A stretch of DNA of 64,000 bases from Candidatus Latescibacterota bacterium (GCA_965203175.1 OZ241867.1:5120001-5184000), one strand, 5' to 3'. Shown: positions 27,941-38,515, numbered from the stretch's first letter. Notes: generated from the letters alone by a model not told the origin. Numbers and translations are program-made.

Positions 27941-29119
27941 TCATTTTTCCGCCCCAGCATCGAGCGCACGCACCGCGGCAATGGCCTCGGCAATCCACCT
28001 GAGATTGCGCCGGGAAATCATGCCGTAATTGTAATAAGAGAATCGGCGCGCGCCCGCTTCGTAAATCGCAGTAATGATCTCGCGCATTTGTTCGGCGCTG
28101 TCTATGGGCTTGTGGCCATTCAAACCGCAGATCAGCATGGACGGATCGTCCATGCCGGCTAGGGTCTCCTGCGCCCTTTGGCTGGCCTCCTCCGGCGAGT
28201 CGCTGTAGCACAAGACATTGACCCAATCGACGATCTTTTCGATGGGTTTGCGGTCGATGCCGTTGTTGTAATAGTTGCCCATGTACAAAAAAGAAACGGG
28301 CATTTTCACGGCCTCTTTCACCTCCGCGGCCAGCGACGTCACAGTATCCGCGCGCATCTTTACGTATTCGTGCACCAAAGGCTCGTCAGCGACGAATTCT
28401 TCCACGCTGCACTCCGGCGGCCCCTCCTCGAAAATGTCCAAGAGCCACTTTTCCACCTTGCTCTTCAACTCCCCCACATCCAAACCCCTGTCCTCAGCCC
28501 GCTGCGTACACCCATCGCAAAAGCACAGCGACATCAACAGCGATCCCACCGCCCCGAGTTCGACTCCCACCTTGGCATGGTTGCGGAACATGCCAAAGCT
28601 CATGTAGTGGAGGGACTCGTACTCGATCATCTGCACACCGCAATTGGTGGCCAAATCCAAGCTTAAGCCTAGTACGTACTCCCGCACCTCGGGATTGGCC
28701 GGGCACAGACAACCCGGATAGCGATCCCCGAACACACCGAGCAGAGCGCAGTCTGGCCGCTGCCTAGCCATGTAGTGGTTGTGCAGGGGCACAGTCCACG
28801 AAATCAGTTCCAAACCGCGTGCGTGGCAGGCCTCGGCGATGATCCGCACTGGATCTTGTTCCTTGGCCATAGGATGCACGTTCGGCTTGATCTTGGTGCC
28901 CTGGTACAGCTCGCTCTGGGGTTGGAAATAGATGGAGTCCTCGTACCCGGAAAAGAGCTTTTTGCCGGGCATGTGGGTGCGTAGCTCATCGTAGGTGTGA
29001 TAGACCGTGGACAGGCTGATCGCATCCAGCCCGACCTCTTCTTTGAGGAAGCCGATGACGCGATCCACCCCCTCGTCGATCACATCCCAGGGATAGGTCC
29101 ACATAGTCGTATGGATCAT
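27941..29119 (-). CDS. Conserved hypothetical TIM-barrel protein (glycoside-hydrolase-like)
   Basis: WTYPWD, YH, WTVPLHN, LCPANPEVREY, LCFC and YYNYG motifs; AAGGAG RBS. Confidence 0.6.
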   Translation of the reverse strand: MIHTTMWTYPWDVIDEGVDRVIGFLKEEVGLDAISLSTVYHTYDELRTHMPGKKLFSGYEDSIYFQPQSELYQGTKIKPNVHPMAKEQDPVRIIAEACHARGLELISWTVPLHNHYMARQRPDCALLGVFGDRYPGCLCPANPEVREYVLGLSLDLATNCGVQMIEYESLHYMSFGMFRNHAKVGVELGAVGSLLMSLCFCDGCTQRAEDRGLDVGELKSKVEKWLLDIFEEGPPECSVEEFVADEPLVHEYVKMRADTVTSLAAEVKEAVKMPVSFLYMGNYYNNGIDRKPIEKIVDWVNVLCYSDSPEEASQRAQETLAGMDDPSMLICGLNGHKPIDSAEQMREIITAIYEAGARRFSYYNYGMISRRNLRWIAEAIAAVRALDAGAEK

Positions 29120-29164
29120 GGGAATAGCTCCTTTTTCGTCAAATGGCGAGTAGTGTCAATCCCC

Positions 29165-30085
29165 TCAGTGTCCAGCGGACTGTTCCGCCTGCCACACCCG
29201 CCAATAACCCCGCAGACGTCGGGTAAAATCTCGCGGCCGTTCCAAGTAGATGCGCTCGGCCAGCAAACACGCCTCGGCCTGCTTCCGGGCACGCACCTCG
29301 CCAATCCGACTTTCCAACGCCTGCAGTGTGGCCGTGGCTCCAGCCCTCGGAAACTCGGCCAGAACCGTAGTGCGCAATACCGCTAGGTCGTGATCCTGGC
29401 CCAGCAACTCCCCTAGCTGGTCCAGTTCCTCGACCAAAGCCTGCATAACCGACGGCCAGATATTCTCCAGTATCTGGGCGTGGTACCACAGGTACTTGGC
29501 CTGCTTGCGCCAGTCGTGGAATGCCTCGTCGCTGGGCAGCGCGTAGGCTGCGGCAAAGTCGCGTCGGCCCCGTGCGTATATTCGCTGCAACCCCACCCGG
29601 ATCCCTCCCCAGCCCTGGCGTTGCAGATTCCAATTCTCCAGGCGCTCCCTGGCCTGCGTGAGATTGGCGACCACCTCCTGAACGGCCCGATCGCTGCTAG
29701 CCACTTGGCCATAGACCTGGTCGCGGCGCTCCACCAGCCATACCCGCACCCGGGCGAATCGGCTCTTCGGCACGTCTTTGCCCAGCGATTCCACCAAGCG
29801 ATCCACGGTCTCGATCAAAACCGTGGCATCGCGCAGCTCCGAAAGCCGCTGTCCGGCATCCCGATAGCACTGGTTTTCCAAGGCGTACACCTCGTCTCCC
29901 AGTTCGCGGCGGACCAGACGCACCAAGGCCCGCAGGCGCTTGGTGGCCTTGCGGGCCTCGTGGATGTGCTTGTCTCGTTTCTCTTCCTGGCACGCGAGGT
30001 GTTCAAGGGCCTTGTCAAGCTGTTCGGCAGCCATCCGCCGCACCCCTTCGGGCGCGCTTTCTCCCCGTTTCAGGCGATATTCCAT
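29165..30085 (-). CDS. Stand-alone CHAD domain protein (polyphosphate-binding)
   Basis: IHEARKATKRLRA, LRD, FHDWRKQAKYLWY and LGQDHDL. Confidence 0.9.
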   Translation of the reverse strand: MEYRLKRGESAPEGVRRMAAEQLDKALEHLACQEEKRDKHIHEARKATKRLRALVRLVRRELGDEVYALENQCYRDAGQRLSELRDATVLIETVDRLVESLGKDVPKSRFARVRVWLVERRDQVYGQVASSDRAVQEVVANLTQARERLENWNLQRQGWGGIRVGLQRIYARGRRDFAAAYALPSDEAFHDWRKQAKYLWYHAQILENIWPSVMQALVEELDQLGELLGQDHDLAVLRTTVLAEFPRAGATATLQALESRIGEVRARKQAEACLLAERIYLERPRDFTRRLRGYWRVWQAEQSAGH

Positions 30086-30130
30086 GTCTTGTTTTTTTGT
30101 GCTTCCCACTGCGAGGTTGCGCAGCGTTCG

Positions 30131-31159
30131 TCAGCCCCTCGGCAGCGGCAACTCCACCTTCGCATTTCCCTCGACCTGCGACTGTAGCGCAGCTACCATG
30201 ATCTCCAACACGTACCGGCCGCGCACAGCCGGCGACGAACTGCGCGCCTCGCCCTGTATCGCCTGCGCCAACTCCTGCACAGCCGGGATCAAGTTCGCGC
30301 CAAACGGACTGGCATACCCACGGCCCGGCGGCGGCGGCACCGCCTCGGGCGTCCCCTCAGAGGTGTCGGTCTTCCAAGCCATGCACTGCTGATCGGTCAG
30401 CCAGAAGCGACCGTCTGTGCCCTGTAAGTCCAACTCGAACATCTGCGGCGTCCGCTTGGCGCAATTGATCAGCCCGCGCACCCCATTGGCAAACTCCACG
30501 ATGATCGTCGATCCGGGATCGAATTGCGGATCCCTGCCACCCCGACCGTCGTACACCGGGCCGTAGTCTTCAAACCCGCGCTCGTGCGCAGCGATTACCC
30601 ACACCGGCTCGGCGTCCGCAAAAAAGCACACCGCATCAACCAAGTGCGTCCCATTGCGGAAGAGCATGGCGCGATGACCGCCGAGATGCGCCACAATCCT
30701 CGTCAAGCTGCCGATCTCGCCGCTGCGGATGGCCGTGCGCACGGCCTGATAGGAGGGCAGCCAACTGCGCGTGTGATCGACCGACAACACCGCGTTGTGG
30801 CGAGTGAGCGCATCGATGATGCGGTCGGCGTCCTCCGCAGTGGTCGCCAGCGGCTTCTCGCAGAAAATGCCGCGCACACCCGCGTCCACCGCATCGCAGA
30901 CCGGGTCGGCGTGGAGGTGATCCGGGGTGGCCACGCTCACCACGTCGAGGCGTTCCTGCGCCAACATCTCGCGGTAATCCGAGTATTCGGCGACCGATCC
31001 TCGTTCGATCTCAGCCCGTTCGTAAAAACGCGTCAACACCTCCGGGTTTATATCGCAGACCGCCACGAATTCGTACTCCGGGGCGCGGGCGTACGCGTAT
31101 CCATGCCCCCCACCCACGCCAGCACCAATAACAGCCGCACGCAACTTGCCTTCAGCCAT
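30131..31159 (-). CDS. Gfo/Idh/MocA family oxidoreductase
   Basis: AAVIGAG, VATPDHLH, FCEKP and NGTH. Confidence 0.92.
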   Translation of the reverse strand: MAEGKLRAAVIGAGVGGGHGYAYARAPEYEFVAVCDINPEVLTRFYERAEIERGSVAEYSDYREMLAQERLDVVSVATPDHLHADPVCDAVDAGVRGIFCEKPLATTAEDADRIIDALTRHNAVLSVDHTRSWLPSYQAVRTAIRSGEIGSLTRIVAHLGGHRAMLFRNGTHLVDAVCFFADAEPVWVIAAHERGFEDYGPVYDGRGGRDPQFDPGSTIIVEFANGVRGLINCAKRTPQMFELDLQGTDGRFWLTDQQCMAWKTDTSEGTPEAVPPPPGRGYASPFGANLIPAVQELAQAIQGEARSSSPAVRGRYVLEIMVAALQSQVEGNAKVELPLPRG

Positions 31160-31173
31160 TTTTCGTTCCTTTC

Positions 31174-31998
31174 TCAAGTGTTCATGCGCTCGCGCACAAA
31201 AGCCGCTGACGCCGCCACCTGCTCCTCTTCGAGACTGTGCAATATCAACGACCCGTCAAAGCCTATCTGCCGCAAGCACGCCAAGTAGTGATCGTAGTCG
31301 AGCAACCCCGTACCCGCAGCTTGATGCCCGACGTCGCCGTCCTGTTCCAAGTCCTTGGCGTGAGCCAGCCGAATCGAATCCCCGAGCAAGTCGAACGCCT
31401 CGTCTAAGACTTCGCGCATCCTCGGCAACTGGCCAGCGTGGAACAGATTGGCCCCATCGACAACCACCTGCAAATGCTCGGATCGCACCTCGTCGAGCAA
31501 GCGCCGCGCCTTCTGCGCCGAATCCACTACATTGTTGACCTCCGGCTCGAATACAAGAGTCGCACTTTGTGCTTCGGCGATTTCCACGGCTTCTCCCATA
31601 GCCTCAACCATCTCAGCCCATGCGGCCGGCGTGCTGTTGTCGGGATGGCCACCCCATAGCCAGTCGGGGTTGCGTGTGCCCGTGCAGGAAGTGATCAACT
31701 CAGTGCCCAACTTGCCGCTTGCAGAGGTCAGCGCAGCGAGCCACTGCATCCCAGCGCGGCGCTTTTCCGAGTCGGGGTCGATGATGTTGAAGGTCCCCGA
31801 CAGCGCTGCGATCTCAATGCCGCGCGTTGCGTGTGCAGAGAGAATCCTCTCGCAATCTGCATCCGTCAGCACCGCCGGATCAATGTCCGCAGCCGTCAAA
31901 TCGAGCTGCACAGCCTCCAAGCCAGCGGCCTGCACCCCGTCGAGGCTCTCCTCCAACGTCGGCCGCTCAAAAACCTTGTGGAAAATCCCTAGCTTCAT
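31174..31998 (-). CDS. Sugar phosphate isomerase/epimerase (xylose isomerase-like TIM barrel)
   Basis: FEPE, DGANL, HAKD and GTGLLDY. Confidence 0.88.
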   Translation of the reverse strand: MKLGIFHKVFERPTLEESLDGVQAAGLEAVQLDLTAADIDPAVLTDADCERILSAHATRGIEIAALSGTFNIIDPDSEKRRAGMQWLAALTSASGKLGTELITSCTGTRNPDWLWGGHPDNSTPAAWAEMVEAMGEAVEIAEAQSATLVFEPEVNNVVDSAQKARRLLDEVRSEHLQVVVDGANLFHAGQLPRMREVLDEAFDLLGDSIRLAHAKDLEQDGDVGHQAAGTGLLDYDHYLACLRQIGFDGSLILHSLEEEQVAASAAFVRERMNT

Positions 31999-32023
31999 TT
32001 TACGTCCCTCTCTCGTATTACCC

Positions 32024-33724
32024 TCACTTTGCCTCTCCCCAGCTTCGACCAACCCCCGCTTCGACGCGGATCGGCACGCGAAACGACCGCCCCTTTGCGT
32101 CTTCCACGGGAGCTTCCATGATCGATGTGATGAAATCGACGTATTCGCCAGCCTTGTCCCGAGGCGCTTCGAGGATCAGTTCGTCATGGACCTGCACGAG
32201 CATTCTCGTCTCTGACGGGAGCATGTTGTCTAAGGCGATCATCTTGTTGCGGCAGATGTCCGCAGCAGTGCCCTGAATCATCGAATTGAAAGCGGTTCGG
32301 ACGTTGCCTTCGGGGAATCGCCGCCGCCGGCCGAACATGTTGACGATATGTCCATGCCGGCGCGTATAAGCAAGCACATCCTCGCGGATCTGCCGCACGT
32401 TTTTATAGGTCGTGAAGTAAGCCTCAATGAACGCTTTTGCTTCTGTGAGCGAAAGCCCGGTCGCAGACGACAACGCCTTCGCGCCCATTCCGTAGATCAG
32501 TCCAAAGTTGAGCGCCTTTGCCTGATCCCGTTCCTCGGCAGTCACCTCTCCAATCGGTTTGTCGAAGATGTCAGCAATCGTCTTTTTATGCAGATCGACG
32601 TCTTGTTCGAACGCCTCCATCATCTTGGGATCCTGCGCGTAATGAGCGGCGCAGCGCAATTCGACCTGCGAAAAATCCACGTCGATCAGGACGTGGTCCT
32701 CCTCGGCGACAAAAGCAGAGCGGATAGTCGCGCCTCGGGGGATTGCTTGCAAGTTCGGGTCGTTGGAGGAAAGGCGTCCGGTGATCGTCCCCGTCTGATT
32801 GAAGTTGCAGTGGATGCGACCCGTTTCCGGCAAGACGAGTTGCGGAAGTTTATCGACGTAGTTCACCAGCAGGGTCGTTAGTTCGCGGTGTTCGAGAATG
32901 AGCGGAACGACGGGGTGGCGGTGGCGCAGGGATTCGAGTGCCCATTGGTTGACCGACTGCCGACCACTGCGCGTTTGGCGATCTGACGGCAGCGCTAGGT
33001 CGCCGAACAACACTTTGCCGAGTTCGACGGTTGAATTGACGTGAAACCGCCTGCCGGCATGCGCCCATATTCCCTCTTCCAGTTCTCGGATGCGCAGTCG
33101 GTATTCGTCCCCGACGCGCTTGAGATGATCGATGTCGAGGCAAATGCCCGTCTGTTCCATCTTCCGCAGGATGCGCATCGTCGGCAGTTCGTACTCGTAG
33201 TACAGATGGGCGAGCGTCGGCAGCTCGTCAATTTCCGCTTTGAACAATTCGTACAGTCGGAACGTATAGTCCGCGTCAGCGCAGGCGTACTCGGCGAGGT
33301 CGGGATTTTTGCCGAACAGCGTCAGTTGACTGAGGTCGCTGAAATCGACGGCTTCCTCGTCGAGCAGGTCCCGCGCGAGCCGTTTGAGCGACTTCGAGCG
33401 GTTTTCGTCGAGCAAATGGGCCGCGAGGAGCGTATCGAAAATCTCCGCGCCTTCAAGGTCGATGTCGTGCCGTTCGAGAATAGTCAAATCGAACTTCGCG
33501 TGGTGGAATGCGAGCCGCTTTTGCCGCAGCATCTGCTGCAACTTCGGCGCGTTGATTGCCTCTGCGGGCAGCCAGAACGCGCGGCGCGGCTCGCCGCAGA
33601 ACGAAATCCCGGAGAGGCGTGCGCGCATCTTGTTCAGCGAATCGCCCTCTGTATCGACGGCAAGCGTGGAGTACGGCGCGATTTGCGACAGGTCGCTTAG
33701 AACGCGGTAGTCCTTCTCCGCCAT
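32024..33724 (-). CDS. Family A DNA polymerase, Klenow-type (3'-5' exonuclease plus polymerase; no 5'-3' nuclease domain)
   Basis: ExoI AVDTE, ExoII HHAKFD, ExoIII YACADA; TGRLSS, motif A DFSQVELR, motif B RDQAKALNFGLIYG, motif C QVHDEL; 566 aa. Confidence 0.93.
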   Translation of the reverse strand: MAEKDYRVLSDLSQIAPYSTLAVDTEGDSLNKMRARLSGISFCGEPRRAFWLPAEAINAPKLQQMLRQKRLAFHHAKFDLTILERHDIDLEGAEIFDTLLAAHLLDENRSKSLKRLARDLLDEEAVDFSDLSQLTLFGKNPDLAEYACADADYTFRLYELFKAEIDELPTLAHLYYEYELPTMRILRKMEQTGICLDIDHLKRVGDEYRLRIRELEEGIWAHAGRRFHVNSTVELGKVLFGDLALPSDRQTRSGRQSVNQWALESLRHRHPVVPLILEHRELTTLLVNYVDKLPQLVLPETGRIHCNFNQTGTITGRLSSNDPNLQAIPRGATIRSAFVAEEDHVLIDVDFSQVELRCAAHYAQDPKMMEAFEQDVDLHKKTIADIFDKPIGEVTAEERDQAKALNFGLIYGMGAKALSSATGLSLTEAKAFIEAYFTTYKNVRQIREDVLAYTRRHGHIVNMFGRRRRFPEGNVRTAFNSMIQGTAADICRNKMIALDNMLPSETRMLVQVHDELILEAPRDKAGEYVDFITSIMEAPVEDAKGRSFRVPIRVEAGVGRSWGEAK

Positions 33725-33768
33725 GAATCGCCTCTATTGCTATGGAACGTCGAGAATCGCCAACCCGC

Positions 33769-35217
33769 TCAACGCAAAAACTGCAATGCGTAGAGCCGCG
33801 CATCCCGCATCTCAAAGCGCAGCCGCACTGGCGTGCCCGCCAACTTCCCAATAGGCTCCTGCCAACTCACTTCCTTGCACACCCCATTGCCCATCACCGC
33901 GTCGGACGCTTGCATCGCTTGCCCACTTTCATCGAGTACTTCCACCCGCAGCCACCCTCCGGCCCCGCCATCGAAGTTCAGCGCCAACCGCTCGCCGGCA
34001 AACTGCAACAGCGGCGTCGTGAAAGACCCACCGCCATAGCCAGCCTCCGCCGCCACAAACCCATCTAGTCGCAACGAGGCGCGAAAAATTCCACTCGCTC
34101 GCGCCTGTTGCTGGTCCTCTCTGCTGCCGTGCCGCCGCGCCGTCCCGCTGTAATAGAGCCACAGTTCATCACCCACCGGAATAAACCACGGATTGGCAAA
34201 CAGCATCCCGCTCAACAGGCCGCCGTCCCAACCCTGGCGCAAAAAGGCCCGGCGTTCTCCCTGCCGCTGCCAGCTAATCCCATCGCGGCTGCTGAGTAAC
34301 TGCACGTCCATAGTCGCCGGGAAGTCGTCCTCGCCCCAGTGATAGTACGCCGCCGGCAGCATGAAATAGGCGTCCTGCGCCGCGTCGTACTTAGTGGCAC
34401 AACTGGTGTAAAAATCGATATTGGGCCGGGGATCGTCGCGCTGGAACGGCACTGGAATCTGCAAATCCTCCTCATCCGCTTCAAAGACGATCTCCTGGGC
34501 GGACCAATGCCTAAAATCGGGCGAGGTTATCCGCCCAACGCAGCGGTACGATCCCTTGCCCCCGGCCTCGGCTGCTTCGGACAAGTGCTGAGTCTCCCTA
34601 ACCCGCGTATAGCCCACGTACAGTTCAAGCCGGTCGTCCCAGAAAAACATATTCTGCGTGTCGCACATCGTCCGCGGCGGATTCGGCTGGTCTGGATAGT
34701 ACTGCCAGCGCAGCCCGTCGGCCGAGTGCATCGCCCACAGTCCCGGCTCGACGCCCTGTGCCCGCTCTTCATCCGTCGGCTGGAACTTGGTCCACAACTT
34801 GTAGCGTTCCTCGGCTGCCGCCCGCTCGTCGCGCAAGACGGTCGCCCCCTGCATGCTCTGCTGCTCGACCAACGGCGCGACGATATTGTTGTCTCGGCTG
34901 CCGCGGAATTCCACCAGGCCCAGCACTGGCTTTTCCCAGTGCAATCCATCTGCGGATTCTGCATAGCCCAATCGCCGTGCCCCCTCCATCGGCAACCCCG
35001 TTTTCATAGTCGCGTCGTACCACATCCGCCACTGGCCATCCGCCTCCCGCCACACCGTGTTATACGCCCCAATCCCCCACTCCTCCCACGCCCGATCTGA
35101 CCGCAACACCGGCCCTAAGTGCTGCACTGGCGTCCCCATTTGCAGCGCTATTCCCTCGCGCTCGGCAAAAAACCGCTCGTCGATAAAAAGTTGCTTCCTG
35201 TCTCCTATATCCAACAT
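33769..35217 (-). CDS. Hypothetical GH32/GH43-like five-bladed beta-propeller protein
   Basis: KQLFID, RMWY, repeated Asp-box-like S.DG..W, ELWLYY and LRLDGF; AAGGAG RBS. Confidence 0.7.
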   Translation of the reverse strand: MLDIGDRKQLFIDERFFAEREGIALQMGTPVQHLGPVLRSDRAWEEWGIGAYNTVWREADGQWRMWYDATMKTGLPMEGARRLGYAESADGLHWEKPVLGLVEFRGSRDNNIVAPLVEQQSMQGATVLRDERAAAEERYKLWTKFQPTDEERAQGVEPGLWAMHSADGLRWQYYPDQPNPPRTMCDTQNMFFWDDRLELYVGYTRVRETQHLSEAAEAGGKGSYRCVGRITSPDFRHWSAQEIVFEADEEDLQIPVPFQRDDPRPNIDFYTSCATKYDAAQDAYFMLPAAYYHWGEDDFPATMDVQLLSSRDGISWQRQGERRAFLRQGWDGGLLSGMLFANPWFIPVGDELWLYYSGTARRHGSREDQQQARASGIFRASLRLDGFVAAEAGYGGGSFTTPLLQFAGERLALNFDGGAGGWLRVEVLDESGQAMQASDAVMGNGVCKEVSWQEPIGKLAGTPVRLRFEMRDARLYALQFLR

Positions 35218-35251
35218 GGAACTACTCCTTGATGGGAAACGAATACGACGC

Positions 35252-36697
35252 CTATTGTTGAGGCGTCTTTGGGCATCTTGCAAAGGTCCTGTCCAACAGC
35301 CGGCCAGTCTCCTCGACCACCATCCCAAGAGCTTCCGGTACGAGCTTAGTCCAGTAGCGGGTCTCCACCTCGTGCCCCCCGCGCTGAAAGGCGTCTGGTA
35401 TCGGCAAGTAACCACAGTACATGTTACAGCAGTGGGCCACTATTGTCGTCGCGGCAGGAGATGCCATCTTGATCTGCAGTTGCCCCTCGACGAAGGGTTC
35501 CCCAGCGAGCCCCACCAGAGCGGTGCTGCCTAGGCGCATCACCTGAATCTCATAGCCCAGATCCCGCTCGCGGCGGCGCTGGAGATCAACGCTGACTATG
35601 GAGGCCGACTGAATCCATTCGCTGTCCACTACTTTCGTCCCCGGCGAGACGGGCGAGCCGCCCTCGTAGCCCCGATAGGCCCTGCTTTCGTTCCACACCG
35701 GCTGCGGATTCTCCTCCAGCACCTGCTGCGCTTTTCTCAAGGTTTCGGTTTCAACCACGCGAATGGGTATGGGCAGCCGCGTCCCCACCACATCGAGTTC
35801 ACTCGACTCATCCAGATCGCCGTGTTCCAGCACGCGCCGGGTAACCTCGGCCAGCATGCGGCCCATGCGGCGATGATCGGGCCGGTAGTCAGGGTCGAAG
35901 GGATTCCAAGGATTGATATTGCCACAGCATCCATTCGCCACCAGCGCCACGCAGCACGGGAACAGTCGCTCCACTTCCTCCGCCCAAGCACCGGGCCAGT
36001 CCGCTGAGATCACGGCCTGTGGAAACACGTTTACCGGATGCCCCGTGTGGTGCAGAATCAGCGCGATCGGTCGCGCGGAGAGACTCTGCACGCAGAGAAC
36101 ACCTACTTCGGGATCAGTCGGGCCTTCGAGATAGCGGATGTAGGTCGGCCCCAGAGGCTGCGGCCAAGAAGGCCCGGGCATGCGCACCGTGCCATCGTCC
36201 GTAATGGCCCTGCGGTTGAACTGAATGCGCCCCTCGATCCCACTGCCGGCTCGCAGCCGCGCAGGCTGAAGATCTGCGGCAGCCTCCCGCACGGCAGCGA
36301 GAATCCTATCGACAGCGTAGTCCTCATAGGCGCGCACACCCCCTGCCAACCACTCAAGCTCGTCCGGCACCGGCGGAAAGTCGCGGTCGAACATGAAAAC
36401 GCCAAGAGCAGGAGCCGCGTGTACCTGCGTGGCATGCATCATCACCGCCCCAGGTGGAATGCCCTGATCGCGCGCGATCGCCTCCCGGATACGCGCCGAC
36501 ACCGCTTCGGTAATGATAGTAACATCCAAGCTGATGAAGCAGAGCTTGGTGTCGCCGCTGGCTAGCACCAAGGCGCGCGCATACAACGGGGAATCCACGT
36601 ACTTGCCCGGTCGAAACCAACCTACCTCGCCCGCAAGAGATATATCCCGATCAGGAGTGATCTCGACTCGCGCCGCATTCGCCATCAGTGCGTCCAT
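35252..36697 (-). CDS. Neutral/alkaline ceramidase N-terminal-like hydrolase
   Basis: EITP, PLYARALVL, ATQVHAAP, NRR, GPTDPEV, HP, SADWPG, NGCCGNINP, GEPF and GYLP. Confidence 0.75.
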   Translation of the reverse strand: MDALMANAARVEITPDRDISLAGEVGWFRPGKYVDSPLYARALVLASGDTKLCFISLDVTIITEAVSARIREAIARDQGIPPGAVMMHATQVHAAPALGVFMFDRDFPPVPDELEWLAGGVRAYEDYAVDRILAAVREAAADLQPARLRAGSGIEGRIQFNRRAITDDGTVRMPGPSWPQPLGPTYIRYLEGPTDPEVGVLCVQSLSARPIALILHHTGHPVNVFPQAVISADWPGAWAEEVERLFPCCVALVANGCCGNINPWNPFDPDYRPDHRRMGRMLAEVTRRVLEHGDLDESSELDVVGTRLPIPIRVVETETLRKAQQVLEENPQPVWNESRAYRGYEGGSPVSPGTKVVDSEWIQSASIVSVDLQRRRERDLGYEIQVMRLGSTALVGLAGEPFVEGQLQIKMASPAATTIVAHCCNMYCGYLPIPDAFQRGGHEVETRYWTKLVPEALGMVVEETGRLLDRTFARCPKTPQQ

Positions 36698-36863
36698 AAA
36701 CACCTCGCGGTGAAGTTTGCACCCCATACTGTATCCTTCCAATGAAGCCGGGGCAAGGATCATCTAAGCCCTTATTGACAGCGTGGGTCAAACCCTATAG
36801 ATAATAAGGCCGGTTAGGCCCCAATTTTTCTGGATTACACAGGCGAGAACTAAAGGAGTAAAC

Positions 36864-37427
36864 ATGACTACAGCGCGCGAAGAACTCGTCTTTTCCGATG
36901 CTTTCGACGGATCCCTCGATTCCGAGTGGACTTGGCTGCGCGAGCATCCCGGCTTTTGGCGCTTGCAGGACGGCCTGGAGATTCGCGTCGAACCGGGCGT
37001 GGCCGATACTGTGCAAAACGCGCTTTTGCGCCCAGCCCCAGATCGCAGCGCGGGGACCTGGGCCATAGAAGTGACGGTGTACAACCACACCCACCCCATC
37101 CAGCAGTACGAACAGGCCGGCATCACTTGGTACCAAAACGGCAAGCCTGTCTTCAAGCAGGTCAAGGAACTGATCGACGGCGATCTCTACATTATTCCCG
37201 GCCGCAAGCCCATGCCCACCCAGAGCGTGCGCCTGCGCCTCATTGTCACCGCCGACTCTTGGGAAGCCCAGTACCGGCCCGAGGGCGAGGACCAATTCCA
37301 CACCGCAGATCGGGGCGAGTTGCCCCCACCCGGCGACGATCAAGTCAGCATCCAGTGCTACAACGGCCCCGAAAACGCCGCGCACTGGATCCGCTTTCGG
37401 GACTTTCAGATCAAACGCCTCTGCTAG
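36864..37427 (+). CDS. ConA-like beta-sandwich protein (DUF1349 / GH43 C-terminal-like)
   Basis: FSDAFDGSLDSEWTWLRE and YEQAGI; AAGGAG RBS. Confidence 0.65.
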   Translation: MTTAREELVFSDAFDGSLDSEWTWLREHPGFWRLQDGLEIRVEPGVADTVQNALLRPAPDRSAGTWAIEVTVYNHTHPIQQYEQAGITWYQNGKPVFKQVKELIDGDLYIIPGRKPMPTQSVRLRLIVTADSWEAQYRPEGEDQFHTADRGELPPPGDDQVSIQCYNGPENAAHWIRFRDFQIKRLC

Positions 37428-38515
37428 CGAAACCAGTCATAATTCAACCCCAGTGACCGATCCTGCAACGGCAACTCCACCCGCTCCCCACCCTGCGCTG
37501 AGGAGACCTTCAACGCCACCTCTACCTCCAACGCCACGCCCACGCGCCGCCCCGAATTCTTCGGCTCATCCATCTCCCCGGCCAAACACCGCATCACATC
37601 ATCCACGCAATACACTGCCCCATACGGCACATTAAACTGCGGCTGCGGCCAATCCAACTCCGCCACAGCCGACCCTGCCGGCCCTTCCACCTGCTGCCAC
37701 AACCGCCATCCCTTGCTGTAGTCGAAAGTCATCTCCCCACGCGCTCCACACAACCGCACCCCCGGTGCTCCCCTACGGAAATGCACCACCGTCCCGTCGG
37801 CAGCCACCAACATTCCCTGACCGGCGAACTCATCGCTGCCCGACTCCCGCCGCGGCTGATCCCCCGTGCCGACCACCCACGCTGGGGGGGCGTCGAGGAA
37901 ATAAGACCAATTCTGATGCTGCGCCCCAGCGTTCGGAGCCTCGATTGACACCAGTTCGCCGATCACCCCTTCTGCAATCAGCGCCTTGGCCCGCGCAAAC
38001 GAAGGATGCGTCGTGGTAATCGCCCCGCAACACAGAGGCACCCCCGCCTCGGCGCAAGTCCTCACCATCCGGTCCACTTCCTCTAACGTATGCACCATCG
38101 GCTTTTCCGTGACGATGCCCTTGGCCCCACATTCGACGGCCAAACAGGTAAAATGCGCGCGATATTTGGTATTGGTGCATACCGCGACGATATCTGGCCG
38201 CTCCTTTCGCAGCATGGCCTCGGCGTCCTCGTAGAGCGTCTCAATCCTATAGCGCTCGCCATAGGCTTTGAGTCGCTTGGGATCGCGGTCGGCGGCGATG
38301 ACCGTCTCCACCTCGGGCCGATCCCACAGTGCCTCGGCATACGAGGTCGGGTTGCCCTCGTCGCCGGGGTGGTCGTAGTGGTGAAATTTGCGATGGATAT
38401 CCAACGGCGGCGTGGGTCGGTCGATATCGTCGATTTCAAAGCGATCTCCGACCCGGCTGGCCAGATCGTAGAGCAGGCCCATCCAACCTAGGCCAATAAC
38501 TGCGGCGCGATACAT
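37424..38515 (-). CDS. Gfo/Idh/MocA family oxidoreductase
   Basis: AAVIGLGWMG, PDIVAVCT and TEKPM. Confidence 0.88.
   Translation of the reverse strand: MYRAAVIGLGWMGLLYDLASRVGDRFEIDDIDRPTPPLDIHRKFHHYDHPGDEGNPTSYAEALWDRPEVETVIAADRDPKRLKAYGERYRIETLYEDAEAMLRKERPDIVAVCTNTKYRAHFTCLAVECGAKGIVTEKPMVHTLEEVDRMVRTCAEAGVPLCCGAITTTHPSFARAKALIAEGVIGELVSIEAPNAGAQHQNWSYFLDAPPAWVVGTGDQPRRESGSDEFAGQGMLVAADGTVVHFRRGAPGVRLCGARGEMTFDYSKGWRLWQQVEGPAGSAVAELDWPQPQFNVPYGAVYCVDDVMRCLAGEMDEPKNSGRRVGVALEVEVALKVSSAQGGERVELPLQDRSLGLNYDWFR

Noticed and set aside
32024-33724. Prophage interpretation of the short DNA polymerase
   Set aside because: No primase, helicase, structural, integrase or att features nearby; flanks are metabolic genes
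36731-36765. Second CRISPR-repeat-like string (minus strand CCCCGGCTTCATTGGAAGG)
   Set aside because: No repeat-type stem and a poor 3' end; better explained as an ATCCTT/AAGGAT intergenic hairpin
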